Shown here: positions 21,312 through 27,841 of the stretch, piece by piece
How positions within the stretch are numbered: position 1 is the first letter of the stretch
How the letters are laid out: every line of letters begins with the position of its first letter
DNA from: Octopus sinensis
Taxonomy: Eukaryota
Assembly: GCF_006345805.1 (NCBI RefSeq)
Contig: NW_021836273.1
Span: 1 to 27,841, forward strand
Reading direction: 5' to 3'
Length of the DNA: 27,841 bases
The notes under the pieces: generated by a model
Told to the model about the DNA's origin: nothing
Seen by the model: the letters and a program-made list of their open reading frames with translations, nothing else
Database searches by the model: none
Made by a program: the position numbers and the translations under genes

Positions 21312-21534
21312 TGTGTGTGTCTGTATCTTTGTTTCTCCCCCAACCTGTTAGTGTGTTTAACAAACGGTATTAGTTCGTTTAGGTCACCGAAATGTAACGT
21401 TTCCAAAAAAAGACCGATTGAATAAGTGATAGGCTTAAGTAATGTCTCGAGGGCGACTGGTTCGATTAAAATCCTTCGAAGCACTATTCCAGTATGGCCA
21501 AAGTCAAATGAATAAGACAAGTAAAAGAATAAAA
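21310..21534 (+). mobile_element. SINE S3 tail portion, old
   Basis: gaccgattgaataag and ccagtatggccaaagtcaaatgaataagacaagtaaaagaa match the S3 tail. Confidence 0.7.
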
Positions 21535-21592
21535 TGATATGAAAGACACAATGCCGTTACTTTCTAAGAATTCAGAATTTTAAGGTAAAACA

Positions 21593-21764
21593 TGCATACA
21601 CATACACATACATACACACATACATGCACACACATGACTACACATACATACATGCACACACATGACTACACATACATACATGCACACACATGACTACACA
21701 TACATACATGCATACATACATAAATAAACATACAGATGTAAATATGTATGTGCTAATGTATGAG

Positions 21765-21833
<69 letters not shown>

Positions 21834-21925
21834 GTCCTGTCTGTCTGTCTTCTGTGTCTATCTCTCTATCTATCTACCTATCTACCTATCTATCTGTCAG
21901 TCTGTCTGTCTGTATATCTATTTAC

Positions 21926-21965
<40 letters not shown>

Positions 21966-21970
21966 TTCTC

Positions 21971-22031
<61 letters not shown>

Positions 22032-22065
22032 CCTATCTATCTGTCAGTCTATCTATCTATCTGCC
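21593..22065. repeat. (CATA)n with 28-bp minisatellite, then (TCTA)n
   Basis: catgacta recurs at 21633, 21661 and 21689. Confidence 0.92.
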
Positions 22066-22721
22066 TATATTGTCATAAAGGTAATAAATAAAATACACAC
22101 GCATACATAACACATACATACATATGTAACATAACATGCATAACATAACATGCACACACACACATACACACACACACACTTATATACGTACACGCATACA
22201 GACATACATCTTCATTACAAGGTGTCATGGTTTCTCATCTCTATTTCGTCTTTTGCACTCATTGTTATACTATTTAGCAGATAAAAGGGAGGTAACTGCC
22301 AACTACCGTGTTGCTATTGATGACTAAGAATGGAGATAAATATATGACATACTGGATAAAGGAAGTTGAGAGGAAAAAAAAAGAAAAGAAAAAGAGTTCC
22401 TATAGCAACCACATCTGCTGCGAAGTTTCCATGAAGAAATATTGGCAGCTGCGTCTGCTGCTGCCTGCTTTTGCTGTTTGTGCATCCGCTGCTGCCTCTG
22501 TTGCACTGTCAGCGAAGAAGATTGTGAAATCTCCTTCAAAACATGTCCTGCGTTGTTATAAAGAATGGATGCGTTCGATAATGTGTGCCCGGGCAAAAAA
22601 GGAAACGGGATAGTCAATATTATAACACATTTGATCATTGATTTGATCGATCAGAGCTGACCTCGAGATAAGTAATAACAATGAAAAAAAAAAAAGAAAG
22701 CGAAACCAGAATTTGTTGCTG

Positions 22722-23115
22722 TTTGTTTGTTTGTTTGTTTGTTTGTTTGTTTGTTGAGCGAAGCGGTCTTCGTGGGAGAAGTTCGAAACGTGGACTTCTT
22801 TGCTATTCGTAAGACCCCGCAGAAGAGAAAGCAGGTGAACCAACCCCCCGACAGTGAGAGCATCGACGGATGGATGAATGCGCATCCAGGCTCAGCGGTT
22901 GCGTAGGAAGTCGGGGACAAGAAACAGGAAGAAAGAGTGAGAGAAAGTTGGAGCGAAAGAGTACAACAGGGGTCGCCACCACCTCCTGCCGGAGCCTCGT
23001 GGAGCTTTAGGTGTTTTGGCTCAATAAACACACACAACGCCCGGTCTGGGAATCGAAACCGCGATCCTCCGACTGCGAGTCCGCTGCCCTAACCATTGGG
23101 CCATTGCGCCTCCAC
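22722..23115 (-). mobile_element. S1-head SINE with alternative tail T4 ending in (CAAA)n
   Basis: Head and centre match S1 over ~22920-23113; unique tail ~22755-22918; possible 8-bp TSD tgttgctg (22714-22721, 23116-23123). Confidence 0.88.
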
Positions 23116-23240
23116 TGTTGCTGCTGTTGCTACTGATGTTGCCTTTTCTTTGAGCGTCATTGTTGCTCGATTTTCGCCTTTCATTTTCTGAGATAAATAG
23201 TCAAGGTGGATCACGATACACTGTGTTACCTGTGCAATTG

Positions 23241-23623
23241 GAGGCGCAATGGCCCAGTGGTTAGGGCAGCGGACTCGCGGTCGTAGGATCGCCGTTTCGA
23301 TTCCCAGACCGGGCGTTGTGTGTGTTTTTTTAGCGAAAACACCTAAAGCTCCACGAGGCTCCGGCAGGGGATGGTGATGATCCCTGCTGTACTCTTTCAC
23401 CACAACTTGCTCTCACTCTTACTTCCTGTTTCTGTTGTACCCGTATTTCAAGGGGCCGGCCTTGTCACTCTCTGTGTCACGCTGAATATCCCCGAGAACT
23501 ACGTTAAGGGTACACGTGTCTGTGGAGTGCTCAGCCACTTACACGTTAATTTCACGAGCAGGCTGTTCCGTTGATTCGGATCAACCGGAACCCTCGTCGT
23601 CGTAACCGACGGAGTGCTTCCAC
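23241..23623 (+). mobile_element. SINE S1, full length
   Basis: A box 23250-23260, B box ~23294-23304; 13-bp TSD acctgtgcaattg (23228-23240, 23624-23636). Confidence 0.96.
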
Positions 23624-23834
23624 ACCTGTGCAATTGAATACAGAGCACCAAAATTGTTTCAACACGGTTGTTACTTTGGGTAGAGTGGCTGTTGAAGACG
23701 AGGCACTGTAGGGATCGAATGCGTGGTTCAATACCCGCATTAACCAAACCCAATGGCTAATGGTTCCAGCGTTTGAAAACGCTTGGGAATATACGCAACC
23801 TGCAAGGAATATCTATCTACAACTCTTTATGCGT

Positions 23835-24352
23835 GTGTTGTATGTGCGTATGCATGTGTGTGTGTTTGTGTGGGTGTGTTTGTGTGTGTGTGTTTGTGAG
23901 TCTCTGTTTGTGTGTGTGTGTATGTGTGTGTGTTTGTATTTGTGTGTGTGTTTGTGAGTCTCTGTTTGTGTGTGTGTATATGTGTGTGTTTGTATTTGTG
24001 TGTGTGTGTTTGTGAGTCTCTGTTTGTGTTTGTTTGTGTATGTGTGTGTTTGTATTTGTGTGTGTGTATGTGTGTGTATATATGTGTGGGTATGTGTTTG
24101 TGTTTGTGTGTGAGTTTATGAGTGTGATTGCGTGTGTATGTGTGTCTACATGTTTGTGTTTGTGTGTGTGTTTATGTGTGTGTTTGTGTGTGTGATTCTT
24201 TGAGTGTGTATGTGTGTGTTTATGTTTATGTATGTGTTTATGTGCGTGTTTGTTTGTGTTTGTTGTGTGTGTATGTTTGTGTGTGTGCTTGCTTGTTTAT
24301 GTGTGTGTGTGTTCGTGTGTGTGTGTGTGTATGTGTGTGCGTGCGTGCGTGC
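23835..24352. repeat. (GT)-rich microsatellite with 58-bp higher-order unit
   Basis: gagtctc recurs at 23898, 23956 and 24014. Confidence 0.9.
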
Positions 24353-24399
24353 GTTCAACGTAACAGGAATTGTTCGCAAAGTCCAACTCGCCTTGAAGT

Positions 24400-24495
24400 C
24401 GAACGAACCGGTCCCAACACATATTTTTACTTTAATGCTGGTATCTATTCTATCGGTTACTTTTCTGCCGAACCGCTAAGTTAAAACACATCAAC
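24400..24495 (-). mobile_element. SINE S3 fragment
   Basis: tattctatcggt...tgccgaaccgctaagtt matches S3. Confidence 0.6.
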
Positions 24496-25002
24496 GCCGC
24501 TTGGAAGTTCAATAGGCGCCTTGTACGAAGCTTTAGGCTTTTGCATCACCTATGTAGCTTTGCGGTTGCTGAAATGAAATATAATTGCGTTTATCTGTGT
24601 ATGCGTGTATGTGTGTGCTGACATTAGATAATGCAATTCTACACATGGTTCACTTTTAAGGAAACATGATGGAATGGTCACGGCTGGGATAAATTTTATG
24701 GGTTAAAAATATTTTAATGTCGTCGAAGGTAAAATTTCCTTAACATAGACACAATAACATCATAAGTAACCAGAGAAGTAAAAAAAAATTATTGAATTCT
24801 CATTTGGGAAGCACTTCTTTTATTGGTCACACGAAATGAAGAAATTCAAAGTCGAAACCTAACGAGAATGGATCTCAAGAAATGGTGCCATTCCTCCAGC
24901 ATGATGGTAAATGAGGTGTTCTAATTTTCGACCCGTGACACTAGGTTGATTCATGAGGGTGGGCTAGTGAATTGAGATAGACTCTATATGCAGCATCAAA
25001 AG

Positions 25003-25016
25003 TGTGTTGTTGTTGC

Positions 25017-25056
<40 letters not shown>

Positions 25057-25108
25057 CTTGTTGTTCTTGTTGTTGCTGTTGATGATGATGATGATGATGA
25101 TGATGATG

Positions 25109-25139
<31 letters not shown>

Positions 25140-25150
25140 TGATTATGTTG
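25003..25150. repeat. (GTT)n(GAT)n microsatellite
   Basis: Seen directly. Confidence 0.93.
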
Positions 25151-25295
25151 ATGTTACTGCTTTTGTATTTACTGCCGATCGACCATGATCAAGTAGATTT
25201 TGCTAAGAGAATTTCATGACTTCTGAACGCATTGATTTTCACTCAATTCCCTAATAATTGGAGCAACTTTTAAACAGAAAGTCTGCAACGAACCG

Positions 25296-25572
25296 GCTGG
25301 AGCACCGCCTTTAGTCAAACAAATCGATCCCAGAAGTTATTCTTTGTATGCCTAGTACCTATTCTATCCGAAACGGTTGTCAAGCGATGGTGGGGGACAA
25401 ACACACATACAAACATATACGAAGGCCTTCTATCATTTCCGTCAACCAAATCCTCTCACAATGCTTTGGTTCCCGAGGCTATGGTAGAAGATATTAGACC
25501 AAAGTTCCGTGCGGTGGGACTGAACCTAGAAACATGTGGTTGGGAAGCAAGCTTCTTACCGCACAGCCACGC
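25296..25572 (-). mobile_element. SINE S3, old copy with deletions
   Basis: Colinear but diverged from 7831-8245. Confidence 0.82.
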
Positions 25573-26543
25573 AATATACATCATTATTCTTCCTATCGTT
25601 TTACAACCCCAACAACTAGAAAAAATATTAAAATTGGCCCACTGCCTTGTATACTTAATGGGAATTATTGATTGATAGATATTGGTTGGAAGTCACGAAT
25701 CTATACCACAAGAGGGTTTCATTGATTGACTCAATCATCACTCATGTTATTACTGCTTATCCTGACCACTGTAGACCGATGATATTCTGGTTGATCTCTG
25801 ACTGCGTATTATTAGAAATTCACATTAGTTCATATTTTGTTGTTGTAAATTTTAGTATTTCTTTGGCAGCATTTGTCTCCCTTTTATATGCTGGCATTAC
25901 GATTGTCTTTTGTTCTGCCATGATATTTGACTAGTAAATTATACATCTTCTCTGACTAGATCTACTTTATCTTGTCTTTAGTATAATGAAGTTGGGAAGT
26001 TCGTTGTTTTCGTTCTGTTTTTTTTTTTTATGTCCCTCCGTTAATGCTGGCCCTAACAAGATTACATCCTTTCAGGAAAATATGTTGAAATGTTGTCAAT
26101 GAGAGCAGACGCCTTCGCCTCAGATGCACAAATCAATGATATGTATGTGCGTGAGTTAGCGTGTGTATATACTTATGCATATATATATATAGATATATAG
26201 ATGGATACACAGGCAAACAGATATGACTGTGAAGAAACGAGAGAGATAAAAATAGAATGATAGATAGTGAGGTAAATATATTTTGAGGTATAAAGCACAC
26301 GTAGACATATATATATATATATATCCATACATATATACGAACGCACGAAAAGGAATATGCACACATACACACTCACGCAAACACACACACACACACATAT
26401 AATCACACTCACACACGCACACAGAGCATATACAGATGGTATGGAGATTTATGTATGAAAGACCAGGTTGAGTCCGACCAATTTAAAATTTAATGGACTG
26501 CTGTAGCCTGAAGCAGATAGAGGAATATGATGAAGATAATACC

Positions 26544-26602
26544 AGACGTTATTCTCCCTCTCTCTCTCTCTCTCTTCATCTCTCTCCTTCTCTCTCTCTC
26601 CC

Positions 26603-26634
<32 letters not shown>

Positions 26635-26640
26635 ACTCTT
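26544..26640. repeat. (CT)n microsatellite
   Basis: Seen directly. Confidence 0.9.
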
Positions 26641-26769
26641 TCTTGCAAAGCAAAATTCTGTACGACTCTAACGATTTGTGATTTCTTCCGGGTTTGCTCT
26701 AGTTTAATTCTGCCTCATTTAGCATTAAGAAAAATAAGTAGAAATAGCTTAGATATACAACATTGAGTC

Positions 26770-27042
26770 TAGTTGTTATTAACCGGGATCCCCGTGGACC
26801 GTGGTGGTGGTGGTGGTGGGGGGGGTCTACGTAAGATTTTACTGTTAAAATTTCTGCTACAAATTAATCATAATACCACAATACACAAAATATTTTAACG
26901 TTATTTTTACACAATTTCTAATAATATTTAATTATAAAAAAAATGAGGGACTTTTATAAAGACCGGATGTTTTTTAGGTACCAGCAGAGTATAATAAAAC
27001 ACAAATGGGTCTATAGGTAAGAGAAATGGTTGAGAAAAATTG
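26770..27042. mobile_element. Possible decayed hAT (Charlie-like) MITE
   Basis: Ends tagttgttattaacc and ggttgagaaaaattg resemble CAGTGGTTCTCAACC-type TIRs; candidate TSD matches only 4/8. Confidence 0.35.
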
Positions 27043-27170
27043 GTATAGACTAATACCATGAAGTGACTATTTGTTACTTAGTATCGATGAAGCACAAATA
27101 TAGTCCGCATCCATAAACAATCAGTTTATAGATACCGCCATTTATATATACACCTCTATAAAATATTGAA

Positions 27171-27690
27171 TTCAAATTTTGGCACCAGGCCAGCGACTTG
27201 GAGGTTGTGAGTAAGTCGATTAAATCGACCTCAGTACTCAACTGGTGAAGGCGCGTAGCTTAGTGGTTAAAGCGTCGTGTGAGGTTGTGAGTTCGAATCC
27301 CGGATCGGGTTGCGTGTTGTGTTCTTGAGCAAGACACTTTATTTCACGTTGCTCCAGTTCACTCAGCTGTAGAAATGAATTGCGACGTCACAGTTGCCAG
27401 GCTGTATCGGCCCCTTTGCTTTTCCCTTGGATAACACTGCTGGCGTGGAGAAGGGAGTCCGGTATGCATGGGCAACTGCTGGTCTTCCATAAAGAACCTT
27501 GTCCGGACTTGTGCCTGAGAGGGTAACTTTCTAGGTGCAATCCCATGGTCAGTCATGACCGAAGTGGGTTTCAACTCAATAGGTAGGCGTTTTATCGAGT
27601 CCCCATTGGATGAAAGGGCAAGTCAATCACTGTGGAATTTGAACTCAGGCTGTAAAACGGACGAAATGTTTCGAAATATTTTGACCAAAT
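27171..27690 (-). mobile_element. SINE family A, split by a nested SINE
   Basis: 27171-27246 and 27574-27690 join into a copy colinear with 229-422. Confidence 0.75.
27247..27573 (+). mobile_element. S2-like SINE with tail T5, nested in family A
   Basis: A-box-like tagcttagtgg, B box gagttcgaatcc, centre gttgtgttcttgagcaagacac; decayed TSD actcaactggt/actcaataggt (27236-27246, 27574-27584). Confidence 0.85.
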
Positions 27691-27841
27691 ACACAAACTA
27701 ATGTATGTATGTATTTATGTATACACACACCACACATATATACTTCATTCGTCGTGTATATGTTTATATGTATGTATGTGTTTATGTGTGTAAGTATGTA
27801 GTTTGGAGGTAGGAAGATACTGCAAGGAAGCAGAATGATAA

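Noticed and set aside
23241-23315. tRNA-like sequences at SINE heads
   Set aside because: A and B boxes are present but there is no full cloverleaf, and each continues into a SINE body; not tRNA genes.
23371-23574. 67-aa ORF (MV.IPAVLFHHN...RLFR) recurring in four S1 copies
   Set aside because: Expected from young near-identical SINE copies; the start codon is often GTG and there is no sign of selection.
25668-25934. 88-aa hydrophobic ORF
   Set aside because: Composition is expected from T-rich DNA; no motif or splice support.

Overview
AT-rich, repeat-dominated animal genomic DNA, intronic or intergenic. An octopod cephalopod is my inference from the look of the tRNA-derived SINEs; I could not verify it. 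No intact protein-coding gene or true tRNA gene is supportable, and most listed ORFs are microsatellite or SINE artefacts. Contents: about 30 copies or fragments of tRNA-derived SINEs, labelled here S1, S2, S3 and A (my labels), many with target-site duplications (TSDs); a 5'-truncated non-LTR retrotransposon reverse transcriptase (RT) fragment (15033-16136); an internally deleted mariner with both terminal inverted repeats (TIRs, 1922-3295); two non-autonomous Helitrons; MITE-like fold-backs; and long compound microsatellites. Most notable: (i) minimal hammerhead-ribozyme motifs, one nearly intact at 7741-7785 (-), a second at 5809-5862 and a decayed one at 12285-12370, suggesting Penelope-like or retrozyme-like elements; (ii) a gap-free 40-nt 3'-tail match with covarying stem between the LINE and SINE S3; (iii) a modular head-by-tail SINE system; (iv) a near-identical ~300-bp inverted duplicate whose empty copy dates two insertions; (v) a 40-bp-arm hairpin with a single A-C mismatch at UAG.
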